Source: Planctomycetota bacterium | GTDB taxonomy: Bacteria; Planctomycetota; Planctomycetia; Pirellulales; Pirellulaceae | Length of the DNA stretch: 64,000 bases | Reading direction: 5' to 3' | Assembly (NCBI GenBank): GCA_018969045.1 | Contig: JAGWZB010000001.1 | Coordinates: 250-64,249, forward strand | Shown here: positions 1-8,605 of the stretch, one piece after another | Numbering within the stretch: position 1 is the stretch's first letter | How the letters are laid out: each line of letters starts with the position of its first letter | Notes under the pieces: generated by a model | Told to the model about the DNA's origin: nothing | Database searches by the model: none | The model's input: only the letters and a program-made list of their open reading frames with translations | Made by a program: the position numbers and the translations under genes

Positions 1-2
1 AG

Positions 3-797
3 CCTGGCGATGCATGCAGTGTAGAGCCCTACATGCACTGTGGACAATGCTATGCATGCCGAAAAGGGGCCAGCAATTGTTGCGCGAATTTGAAAGTCAT
101 CGGCGTGATGACCGATGGAGGCCTGTGCGAGAGTTTTCTGATCCGTGCCGACAAACTTCATCCATCGAAAAAGCTCACCATGGATCAACTCGCATTGGTC
201 GAGACGCTCGCCATCGGATGCCATGCCAATGAGCGATCAGGAGCGTCGTCCCAAGACCACGTCTTGATCATTGGAGCCGGTCCCATAGGCATTGCGACGT
301 TAGAGTTTGTGCGGCTCACAGGTGCCCAGATCAGCGTTATGGATATCAGCGCACCTCGTTTGGAATTCGTACGACGAACGTACGGGATCCAGCAATGTAT
401 CCAGGTTTCTCCCGAAGACTCGGGGGTCGATGCCGCGAAACTTCACACCGGCGGAGATCTTTTCTCAGTCGTCATCGATGCGACAGGAAATCGCTTTTCC
501 ATGTCCGGAGCTTTGCAATTCGTCGCTCCTACCGGACGACTCGTCTACGTCGGGATCACGCAGGATGAAATCGTGTTCAAGCATCCGGCGCTGCATCGTC
601 CGGAAGTCACACTGCTTGCCTCGCGAAATGCACTACCGAGCGATTTCCCTGCCATCATCGAGCTGATCGAAAACGGCACGATCAAAACCGATCCTTGGAT
701 CACTCACCGAACCGATTTGGACCACGTGATCGATGATTTTGACAGCTTTACACGTCCTGAAAACGGTGTGCTCAAGGCCATCATCGAAGTCGCCTGA
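3..797 (+). CDS. Zinc-dependent alcohol dehydrogenase (MDR family, YjjN/LgoD-like sugar-acid dehydrogenase); 5'-truncated by window edge
   Basis: Frame is open from nt 3 (PGDACSVEPYMHCGQCYACRKGASNCC, structural Zn Cys cluster); GAGPIG Rossmann motif; C-terminal KAIIEV; stop overlaps next ATG (TGATG at 795-799). Confidence 0.9.
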   Translation, partial: PGDACSVEPYMHCGQCYACRKGASNCCANLKVIGVMTDGGLCESFLIRADKLHPSKKLTMDQLALVETLAIGCHANERSGASSQDHVLIIGAGPIGIATLEFVRLTGAQISVMDISAPRLEFVRRTYGIQQCIQVSPEDSGVDAAKLHTGGDLFSVVIDATGNRFSMSGALQFVAPTGRLVYVGITQDEIVFKHPALHRPEVTLLASRNALPSDFPAIIELIENGTIKTDPWITHRTDLDHVIDDFDSFTRPENGVLKAIIEVA

Positions 798-1573
798 TGT
801 ATTTTTGGGACTACTCGTTCGACACCCCGCAAGCCAACCTCGCCTTCGACGAAGCGATCCTGGAATACGTCGATTCGCTCGAAGCAGGCGACTGGGAATT
901 GCTTAGGCTCTGGGAAATGCCCAGCCCCTGCGTGGTCGTCGGAAGATCCTCCAAACTATCGCTGGAGGTCAACCAAGAGGCTTGCCAGCAAGACGGTATT
1001 CCGATCTTTCGACGCATGAGCGGCGGAGCATCGATCGTAGCCGGACCGGGCTGCCAGATGTTCTCGGTTTTATTGTCCCTGAAGCAACGGCCAGAGTGCC
1101 GGGGACTCGATGGTGCCCACCAGTGCGTGATGTCCCGGATCCAACGCGCCGTGCAATCGGCCTTGGGCAACGTTGGATCCAACTGCCAAGTGAGCATTCA
1201 AGGCGTTTGCGATTTGACGATCGATGGACGCAAGATCTCAGGCAATGCGCTCCGACTGAAACGTCATTGGTTGATGTACCACGGCACCTTGCTTGTAGAC
1301 ATGCCACTGGAGTGGATCCATCGGTATCTGCTGGAACCTCCTAAACAACCGGAGTATCGGGCGCACCGCGAGCACCGTGAATTCGTAGAAAGTCTCGGCC
1401 CGAACCTGCCGGATCCAAGCAGGTTTGTCCGCGAATTCCATCGTGCTTGCCAATCCCAATGGGATGCCAACGAGCGATGGGAAGAACATCCGTTTGCACG
1501 GGAGTATCCAGCGATGATGCCCTTGTGGTTGGAGCGTCGATACAACGATTCCGCTTGGCATCGACAGCGCTAA
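797..1573 (+). CDS. Lipoate-protein ligase A family protein (short, catalytic domain only)
   Basis: NLAFDEAIL, RRMSGGASIV, RKISGNALR and HGTLL motifs of the BPL/LplA fold. Confidence 0.88.
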   Translation: MYFWDYSFDTPQANLAFDEAILEYVDSLEAGDWELLRLWEMPSPCVVVGRSSKLSLEVNQEACQQDGIPIFRRMSGGASIVAGPGCQMFSVLLSLKQRPECRGLDGAHQCVMSRIQRAVQSALGNVGSNCQVSIQGVCDLTIDGRKISGNALRLKRHWLMYHGTLLVDMPLEWIHRYLLEPPKQPEYRAHREHREFVESLGPNLPDPSRFVREFHRACQSQWDANERWEEHPFAREYPAMMPLWLERRYNDSAWHRQR

Positions 1574-1584
1574 CTCAAGCAGGC

Positions 1585-3708
1585 TTAGCACTTCCATCGG
1601 GCTGCGGCGTATCCGACGACGCGACTGGGATCTGCTGTGACCGCTGCGCTGGTGTCGTAACTGATTTGCTCGACTTGAGGCTTCAGGCCAAGCACCTTGA
1701 GTGTCTGCATGACCAGCGCTGCGGGAACGACTCCGCACATGCTGATCGAGTTCGATCGGCATACATCCAAGAGATGCTCAGGATCGCCAGTCATCAGCGC
1801 ATCGAGGGCCAGTCGATCCAATCGACGATTCTCTTGGTCGTTGGCAAAATGATTCATGTCGCTGGAGATCGCAAGGAGCACCTTGTCGATGATTGGCCGC
1901 AGTACTTCTGCAAGTTGGTTGGCCGCTGAATGGATATCCTCCCAGGTCGCATCACCCATCGCGATGCATACGAGCTTGGGCCTAGCCCGTTGGGATCCGC
2001 AGAGCCAATCGACGATAGGCAGTTGCACTTCGATCCCGTGTTCTTTGAAATGCGCGGCTGCGTCGAGCTCCATTCCTTGGACGCTCTGGGCAATCTGCTG
2101 GCTCAGCTTTGTATCGATTTCAAATCGGGTAGGTTCTGGGCCATGGCCCGATGGAACGGTCCAGCTTGTTGCAGGAGAAACGGCCCAGTCGGCCCCAAGT
2201 TGCGTATGTTTTGGCCCGATGAGGATCACCGTTTCGGGGATCGAGCAACTCTTCCAAGCGTCCATGGCTTGCTGACCGCTGTATCGCAGTCCGGCATGCG
2301 GAGTCATGATCGCCTTGACGCCCTGAATGTTCTGGGCGCTCGATTTTTGGTCCAAGCCCTTGAGCATTTGGCCCAAAGGCTCATGGTCCGATGGATAGAA
2401 AGTGCCAGCCAATGCAGGGTTGCGAGGCCGATCGCTCGAATCGATTCCAGGAATGTTCGAGGCCAGCAAAGAGCTTGCTGTCGAAATACAACCCAGGGAC
2501 ATAACGGTGATGGGCTCTGTGCGCGAGCGAATCATCGATGCGGCGGATTCGAGCAGTTCGTGCGGCGATTGATCGGGGGCAAAGGCGACCGCGACGCGTT
2601 GTCCGCACAGAGCGACGATCGCTCGCTGGTTTGATTCGACACCGGCAAGATCGCAATCGGGGAGCGATGCGTCGAGCTTGCCTGATCGCCAGTCGCTGGC
2701 ATGGACCATCCCATGATGCGCCGGATCGTACATGGCGCTCAAGGCCAGGTCGACATCGACAGCTCGATCGAATCGTGTCTTGCGAAGTGTCTGCTCGGCG
2801 ATACGACTCAGTTCAAAGACGCTCGACTGCAGAGGTATACCCGGTCTAAAGGACGTTTGAATCCAGTGGGCCATTGGGACTTTGGATTCAACGTCGATGG
2901 CCGACAATACGATCGTATGCACAGTACCATCCATCGCGTCAAGGACGTAATAGTTAGGGGTAGCGCCGTGCGAAAGATTGATCATGTTTTGGATCGTTGC
3001 AGCTTTGAGCTTTTGCAAGCTGTCCAGGTCACCTGGAGGTCCTTCGATTGGCATCGGGTCTGGCAACTCCATCGCGTCGATCCCACCGGTAATTTCGAGA
3101 CCTTCGAAGGTCTCGAGCATCACCGAATTGTCCTGCCATGCGTCCTGAGGCAAACCTGCCTTGCGACATACGCCAGCTAAATAGGCTTGGACATCCCATC
3201 CTTGTTGGACCGGCACATTGGGCAAGAGCAACCCGGCGCGTTGCCCATAGGGACTCGTTAAGCTCGTTGTGATACGCAGTCCGTGTTTGCCGACTTGGAT
3301 GTGTTCAGGACGTTTGGCGGGTTGCGCATCGATGGCATGAGGGTCTGCCAGTAGGGTCACATCGCAGGTCAGGTACGGAAGCTCTATGGTTGAGATTGCC
3401 GGCATGCGAGGGTCTTCCTTGGCGGTCTTTTGAGCCGACTCGAGGATCGCGTCGCACAGGCGCGTTGGCCGGCCCAGAAAGCCACAACAGCCTCGGAGAG
3501 TTGCTCCACGTTTGAGTGTGGTAAAGCAGCCGTAGACGTAGTGCTCAGCCAGTTCTCCCAGCGGAGCGAAGACCTCCTTGGTAAGCCGCGTTTTGAGCAC
3601 TTTGGCCGCAACAATCTTTGAAGCGATCTGCTGAATCGCTCGGCCTGTGGCAGGCTCGATCGCTTCGAGATCAAGCAGGGTTAGTTTCTGAAGATTTGAG
3701 TCGCTCAT
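1585..3708 (-). CDS. amrB: AMMECR1 + Memo fusion protein (AmmeMemoRadiSam system protein A/B fusion)
   Basis: N-terminal GCFTTLK..LRGCCG, EDPRMP, G.HGL, AGLLLPNVP, YLAGVCRKAG (AMMECR1); C-terminal AGTFYP, PHAGLRYSG, IGPKH, EHGIEVQLP, ISSDMNH, SMCG, VVGYAA (Memo). Start set at ATG 3708; ORF-track start is 3801. Confidence 0.88.
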   Translation of the reverse strand: MSDSNLQKLTLLDLEAIEPATGRAIQQIASKIVAAKVLKTRLTKEVFAPLGELAEHYVYGCFTTLKRGATLRGCCGFLGRPTRLCDAILESAQKTAKEDPRMPAISTIELPYLTCDVTLLADPHAIDAQPAKRPEHIQVGKHGLRITTSLTSPYGQRAGLLLPNVPVQQGWDVQAYLAGVCRKAGLPQDAWQDNSVMLETFEGLEITGGIDAMELPDPMPIEGPPGDLDSLQKLKAATIQNMINLSHGATPNYYVLDAMDGTVHTIVLSAIDVESKVPMAHWIQTSFRPGIPLQSSVFELSRIAEQTLRKTRFDRAVDVDLALSAMYDPAHHGMVHASDWRSGKLDASLPDCDLAGVESNQRAIVALCGQRVAVAFAPDQSPHELLESAASMIRSRTEPITVMSLGCISTASSLLASNIPGIDSSDRPRNPALAGTFYPSDHEPLGQMLKGLDQKSSAQNIQGVKAIMTPHAGLRYSGQQAMDAWKSCSIPETVILIGPKHTQLGADWAVSPATSWTVPSGHGPEPTRFEIDTKLSQQIAQSVQGMELDAAAHFKEHGIEVQLPIVDWLCGSQRARPKLVCIAMGDATWEDIHSAANQLAEVLRPIIDKVLLAISSDMNHFANDQENRRLDRLALDALMTGDPEHLLDVCRSNSISMCGVVPAALVMQTLKVLGLKPQVEQISYDTSAAVTADPSRVVGYAAARWKC

Positions 3709-4134
3709 GGCAGGTGCTTTCGTTCTTGCTCTCACATTAGATCGGGGAATAGTCGCTGCGTCTTGGTTTTTGAATGATACGCATTCATGGACTATGACCA
3801 CAATGCGATAAAACCGCGAGGGTTTGGGCGGCGTTGACGGTATCTATGTCAAAAAAACGCAGTTTTTTTCTTAAGCATGTCATCCTCGGAGGGCAAATCC
3901 GCGAACAGTTTTTTGGGAACCCTTGATCGGCAAAACGGGCTTCTTATGGTTGTAAGGACGCATGGTGGAGCCAAAGGAGGGTGCCCAAAAAACGATCTTC
4001 ACAAGGCCTACGCATCGATGAGACAGCATTTTTCTTTTCTCGGACACTCGATAACGCTCTTTTTGCCAACGACTCTGAAGCATCTGAAGCAATAGTGGCG
4101 TCGTCGTTGCAAGCAAGCAGAGTGCACGCGACGG

Positions 4135-6036
4135 ATGATTTCGCGAAAGAGGAAGTTGCTTCGTCGCTGTTTGTCACTCTCGTTGATGGCCGTGGGCCTA
4201 TCATCCAGCTCCGCAGTAGCCGGTGTCGTGAAACTCGATGGCACCAGCGGCTCGAATCAGAACTCAACTGCAATCAACACCGGAAGTGGAACCGAACTGC
4301 AAAACGGTTTCTTTGTCGACTATCTCGTTGTCGGTGGAGGGGGCAGTGGTGGGTCTCCCACTGCCACTCAGGTAACGGGCGGTAGCGGCGGTGGCGGAAT
4401 CAATAATTCCGCAGGCTCTAGCGGCGGGTCCGGCGGCGGTGGGGGCAGCGCTATTTTCGGTAGTCAAGGCGGTTTAGCCCAAGCTGGGCAAGGAAACAAT
4501 GGCGGCAGCGGTGGAAACGGTGCCGGCGGCGGTGGAGGTGGTGCGGGGGCCGCAGGTGCAAGCCCTTTATTTGGCGGATCATCAGCGGTTGGCGGTGCGG
4601 GAAAAGTCAGTTCGATCACCGGAGTCGCGGTCACTTATGCCGGAGGTGGTGGCGCTGGCATGAACACCGGATTCATGGGGCCCCTTGGTGGGGCAGGTGG
4701 AGGCGGACAGGGCGGTGGCGGCGGTGGCTGGGCCATCAGCGGTACGAATGGTTTAGGCGGTGGAGGAGGTGGTGGCGGCCTATCAATTGGGGGCAATGGG
4801 GGTTCCGGAGTGGTGATCGTCCGCTACCAAGGGGCATCCCTCGGGGCGATCGGAGGTAGCGTGACCACAGGGTCGGGTTTCACCGTGCACCAATTTTCTA
4901 CCGTCGGCAACTCGAGTTTCGACATGTCGGGTGTCGACATGAACGCACGGCTTGGGGTTGTGCAAAATGGGGTCATCTCCGGGTCTGGCGACCTTTCATT
5001 CAGTGGCCCTGGACAGCTAACGCTCAATGCGGCCAATACCCATACGGGGTTCACGCGAGCCTTGGCGGGAACTTTGAATCTAGGGCATGCCAATGCCCTT
5101 CAGTCTTCCACGCTCGACATGAACTCGGCAAACAATGGTACGGTCGCTCTGACTCAATCGGGCCAGACCTACAACGTGGCGGGGCTTCAAGGATCCAGAG
5201 ATTTAGCGATCGGGAGCAATACACTGAGTGTTGGCGCAAACAACAACTCCACCACTTATTCAGGCAACCTCTCTGGGACTGGTGGTGTGTCGAAGGTTGG
5301 GACCGGTACGTTCGACCTCTCGGGAGCCAACGCCTACACTGGAACGACCGACGTGGCGGCTGGCAAGTTGCTTGTCAATGGCAGCACCGCTGGCGGAGCG
5401 GTGACCGTACAAAATAGCGCGTCTTTGGGTGGAACCGGTACACTTAATGGATCGACGACCTTCCTGAGTGGCTCGATACACACACCTGGTAATTCGCCAG
5501 GGCTTCAGACCTTCACCAGCGGTTTAACTTACAACACTGGCTCGACGTTCGAGTGGGAGTTGACCAGCAATACAACCACTGGTCGTGGAACGATTTTTGA
5601 TGCAGTGAATGTCAGTGGCAGTCCGTTATTGATTCAATCGGGAGTCACTTCATCGTTGGTTTTCAACGGGACGGGTTCAACGGTTGACTGGACCGATGCG
5701 TTATGGGGGATGAACCAGAGTTGGCTTGTCTTTAGCAGTGCAGCAGGGATCACGGCAGGATCGCCCTTCTTTGACACGATCAATGTAACCAACGACAGCA
5801 ATGGTGTTTCGTTGGCGGCGGCTCGGGCCACTGCATTCTTCTCGTGGTCGCGAAGCGGCAACGACCTGATTTTGAATTATAGCGCACCTGTCCCCGAACC
5901 GACTTCGATGGCGATCTTTGGGCTCGGTGCACTAGGCTTTGCGTATCGCGCAAGGCGGAAGAGGCTTAAGAACCAAGGTGTAAGGTGTAAGCCTGTCACT
6001 GAGGTCAACAGGGTCAACAAGGTCCGCTGTCAATGA
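4135..6036 (+). CDS. PEP-CTERM surface protein with glycine-rich domain and autotransporter-associated beta-strand repeats
   Basis: Signal peptide; YLVVGGGG...GGSGVVIVRY Gly-rich block; G.G.LTL.AAN.HTG and KVGTGTFDLSGANAYTGTT repeats; VPEPTSMAIFGLGALGFAYRARRKR sorting signal starting at 5890. Confidence 0.9.
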   Translation: MISRKRKLLRRCLSLSLMAVGLSSSSAVAGVVKLDGTSGSNQNSTAINTGSGTELQNGFFVDYLVVGGGGSGGSPTATQVTGGSGGGGINNSAGSSGGSGGGGGSAIFGSQGGLAQAGQGNNGGSGGNGAGGGGGGAGAAGASPLFGGSSAVGGAGKVSSITGVAVTYAGGGGAGMNTGFMGPLGGAGGGGQGGGGGGWAISGTNGLGGGGGGGGLSIGGNGGSGVVIVRYQGASLGAIGGSVTTGSGFTVHQFSTVGNSSFDMSGVDMNARLGVVQNGVISGSGDLSFSGPGQLTLNAANTHTGFTRALAGTLNLGHANALQSSTLDMNSANNGTVALTQSGQTYNVAGLQGSRDLAIGSNTLSVGANNNSTTYSGNLSGTGGVSKVGTGTFDLSGANAYTGTTDVAAGKLLVNGSTAGGAVTVQNSASLGGTGTLNGSTTFLSGSIHTPGNSPGLQTFTSGLTYNTGSTFEWELTSNTTTGRGTIFDAVNVSGSPLLIQSGVTSSLVFNGTGSTVDWTDALWGMNQSWLVFSSAAGITAGSPFFDTINVTNDSNGVSLAAARATAFFSWSRSGNDLILNYSAPVPEPTSMAIFGLGALGFAYRARRKRLKNQGVRCKPVTEVNRVNKVRCQ

Positions 6037-6080
6037 AGTCAAAAAGAGCGTCCGCCGTCAGGCAGGCGAGAGGCGAGAGG

Positions 6081-6340
6081 CGGAGTCCCCGTGCCTGGGA
6101 GTCCCCGTGCCTGGCACCTTACGAGGGGCGGAGTCCCCGTGCCTGGCACCTTACGAGGCAAAGTCCAGTGCCTGGCAAAGTCCAGTGCCTGGCACTTTAA
6201 CCTGGTGCCCTAACCTGCAGTTGCCTCCTGACTAGGTGCCTGGCACCGATGATTCAGCTAGTTTTCAACGGAGTCCCCAGTGCCTGGCACCTTAACCTCG
6301 CTGGCAACGAAGGTGCCCCCTGACGCGTGCCTGGCACCGA
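6081..6340. repeat. REP/BIME-like cluster left of RAYT: 8 same-orientation copies of GTGCCTGG(CAC), four preceded by GGAGTCCCC
   Basis: Copies start at 6091, 6107, 6139, 6168, 6185, 6236, 6280, 6327; GTGCC-T-GGCAC is an odd palindrome; local tandem periods of 16, 32 and 17 bp. Confidence 0.85.
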
Positions 6341-6599
6341 AGGTACGGATTACTTGGTAAGTGAAGTGGGCCCATTTTTTGTCAGTTTTTTCGATGCGTT
6401 TGACCAGACGTGTCACTCGAGTCGTTGAAACTTCCAATCGCCCCGGCGTTACCCAGGATGTCCAACTCGATGTTTACTGGGAGTTGCCTCAACTCCAAAT
6501 CCATATTCACACACAGGATCGATTGATGAAATTTCCCTTTTTTGCGTTGCTCTCGGCCAGTTTTCGACGGCGACGCATCACCCAACATGGAGGTGCATT

Positions 6600-7868
6600 A
6601 TGCCACGTGACTTGCGGGACAAAGTTTTTCCACCAGATGAGAACTGTTTTGCCCACCTGTACAATCGCTGTATCGATGGAGCCTACCTTTGCGGCAATGA
6701 TCCAAGGACGGGAAAAGATTATTCTTATCGCAGAAAATGGATTGCCGATCGACTCGAACAACTGGCTTCAATCTACCTGATCAACATCCTTGCACACAAT
6801 GTTTTGGATAATCACTTGCATTTGGTTGTGCTGACACTGCCTGATGAAGTTGAGAAACTATCGGATCGAGACATCGCGATCCGTTGGCTGTCGCTACACC
6901 CTGGGAGAGAACTCGACGAATTTATTTGTGCTGATCCGACCGAATCTCAGATAAGTGAACTCTTAGCTGATACAGAACAACTTGGGAAGGTACGTGCAAG
7001 GCTATCTTCTCCGTCAAGCTTTATGAAGGATCTTTGCGAGCCTATTTCCAAACGTGCAAATAAGGAGGACGGGCGTAGTGGTCACTTTTGGGAGGGGCGA
7101 TTCAAAGGCAAGAGGCTCTTAGATATGCTTGCTATTTTAGTTTGCGTTGCCTACGTCGACTTAAATCAGTTGCGTGCTGGAATGGCAAAAACACTCGGAG
7201 AATCCAACTATTCTTCGATCCAAGCGAGAATTCTAGCGAGTCAAAATCAGATGGCACCAAGTCTTGCATTATCAAAAGTTTCGATTTCCAACGAAGAAGC
7301 TGCGATGCGGATCAGGAAAGTGCCTCGAGTCGAGATTCGAAGACGGATAGAAGCCGCACGAGTCATCGCGCAGCGTCGGATGGTTCTAAAGGATGCTTGG
7401 CTTGCTAAACTAACGATTGATCCTGAACAATCGGTCCACCCCAATGACTCTCACCTGAGTAAAGGTGGGCTTCGAGCATCCGACAAAGGATTTCTCGAAG
7501 TAACTCTGGAGCAATACATCAAAATCCTGCATGAGGCGCTCCAGTTTAGGCCTGGCCGAGCATCGCTGGAAACTGCTTCCCAGGAGTTCAGGGAAGTAGC
7601 TAAATCGCTAGGATCAACACCAGAAAATATAAGTTGGATGATTCAAGACTTTCAGAATATATTTCGCCACGGATATTTTGTCGGAAGTCCGGAGACATTG
7701 CGCAAGGAGACCCAGCGGAATGAGCGTAAACGAACCTTGCACAGCGTGAAATGCAGGCTTTTTTTCAGTGAAAATCCGATAGTGTATGACGAGCAAACCA
7801 AGCGATACCGCAAAGCAATATCCGAGTCAAAGTCGGTCAAAACGCAAGAGCCATCGACGGCGTCCTAG
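6600..7868 (+). mobile_element. rayT: REP-associated tyrosine transposase (RAYT / TnpA-REP, Y1 HUH endonuclease), long form
   Basis: H.YNRC..GAYLCG.D..TGK.Y..RR.WI N-terminus; HUH motif NHLHL (H72/H74); FWEGRFK; catalytic Tyr in YVDLN (Y185); GGAGGT RBS; palindrome clusters on both sides. Confidence 0.85.
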
Positions 7869-7891
7869 ACACCCATACATATCGATGAATG

Positions 7892-8134
7892 TCAAAAAAT
7901 TTCAATTAGTCGCCCTTGAGGGCTTTTGCGGGGATGCAAGAGTACTTCGGCGCGGTAATCGGCAACATCAAGCGAGCTTCTAAAGGGCTTGTAACCCAGG
8001 TTCGGTGGAGTTAGATCTGTCTTGGCTTTGGCTCTTATTGCGGGAATATCCAGTGCGTCTGGCAAACGAAGGTGGATTTGCATTACGAAAGACCTTTGCA
8101 TATTTCCACTAATTCCGATTGAAAACTGATGCAA
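7892..8134 (-). CDS. Possible small ORF or gene remnant of unknown function
   Basis: 80-aa ORF in an otherwise empty 450-bp gap; internal MQIHLRLPDALD start looks protein-like; no recognisable family. Confidence 0.2.
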   Translation of the reverse strand: MHQFSIGISGNMQRSFVMQIHLRLPDALDIPAIRAKAKTDLTPPNLGYKPFRSSLDVADYRAEVLLHPRKSPQGRLIEIF

Positions 8135-8320
8135 GGATCCATCGAGCCTGGGTGAGTTCTAAGCGCATATGTTCTAAGCGTAAATGGCTGCAAATTCTTT
8201 TGCGCAAATTCTTTTGCGATCGCGCTGGGCATCGGTCCTCATAGGATTAAACGTCGATGCAATCTGCGAATATTACGAAGCTGTCAAGCTGGCTTGATTA
8301 AAAAAACTCAAATGCCTAGG

Positions 8321-8459
8321 GTGCCTGGTACTTGTGCGGCAATCGGACGGTTTCGGGGTGCCAGGCACTCACCTGGCACCGATAGGACGGACCGGTAAGT
8401 GGCAGGCACCGATAAGTGAGTGGCAGGCACCGATAAGTTCGCTTGGTGCCACCCCGAAA
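8321..8459. repeat. REP/REPIN-like cluster right of RAYT
   Basis: GTGCCTGGTAC 8321, GTGCCAGGCAC 8358, CCTGGCACC 8372, GTGGCAGGCAC 8399 and 8420 (21-bp period); 10-bp inverted repeat TTTCGGGGTG (8351-8360) / CACCCCGAAA (8450-8459). Confidence 0.8.
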
Positions 8460-8605
8460 ACATAGACTTTTTCGGCTCAAAAAACACACGGATTTCTATC
8501 TAAACCCGTGGTCCGAATCATGGGGTCCACTTCAGTAAGCCTGCGGTGAAAAACCGATAATTCCTAATGAGCAAGAGCGGAGTTTGGTAGCTCTACTGCG
8601 GCGAC

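Noticed and set aside
4135-6036. Type V autotransporter or prophage tail gene
   Set aside because: No C-terminal beta-barrel (PEP-CTERM instead) and no phage structural or integrase genes nearby
6081-6340. CRISPR array
   Set aside because: Repeats are only 11-21 nt, irregularly spaced, with duplicated rather than unique spacers; no cas genes in the window
6361-6780. 139-aa ORF overlapping the RAYT start
   Set aside because: Overlaps the RAYT gene out of frame, has no recognisable motifs, and RAYT has the better RBS
6600-7868. IS200/IS605 element with TnpB
   Set aside because: No tnpB or RuvC ORF nearby; the protein is far longer than IS200 TnpA and is flanked by multiple REP-like copies rather than single end hairpins
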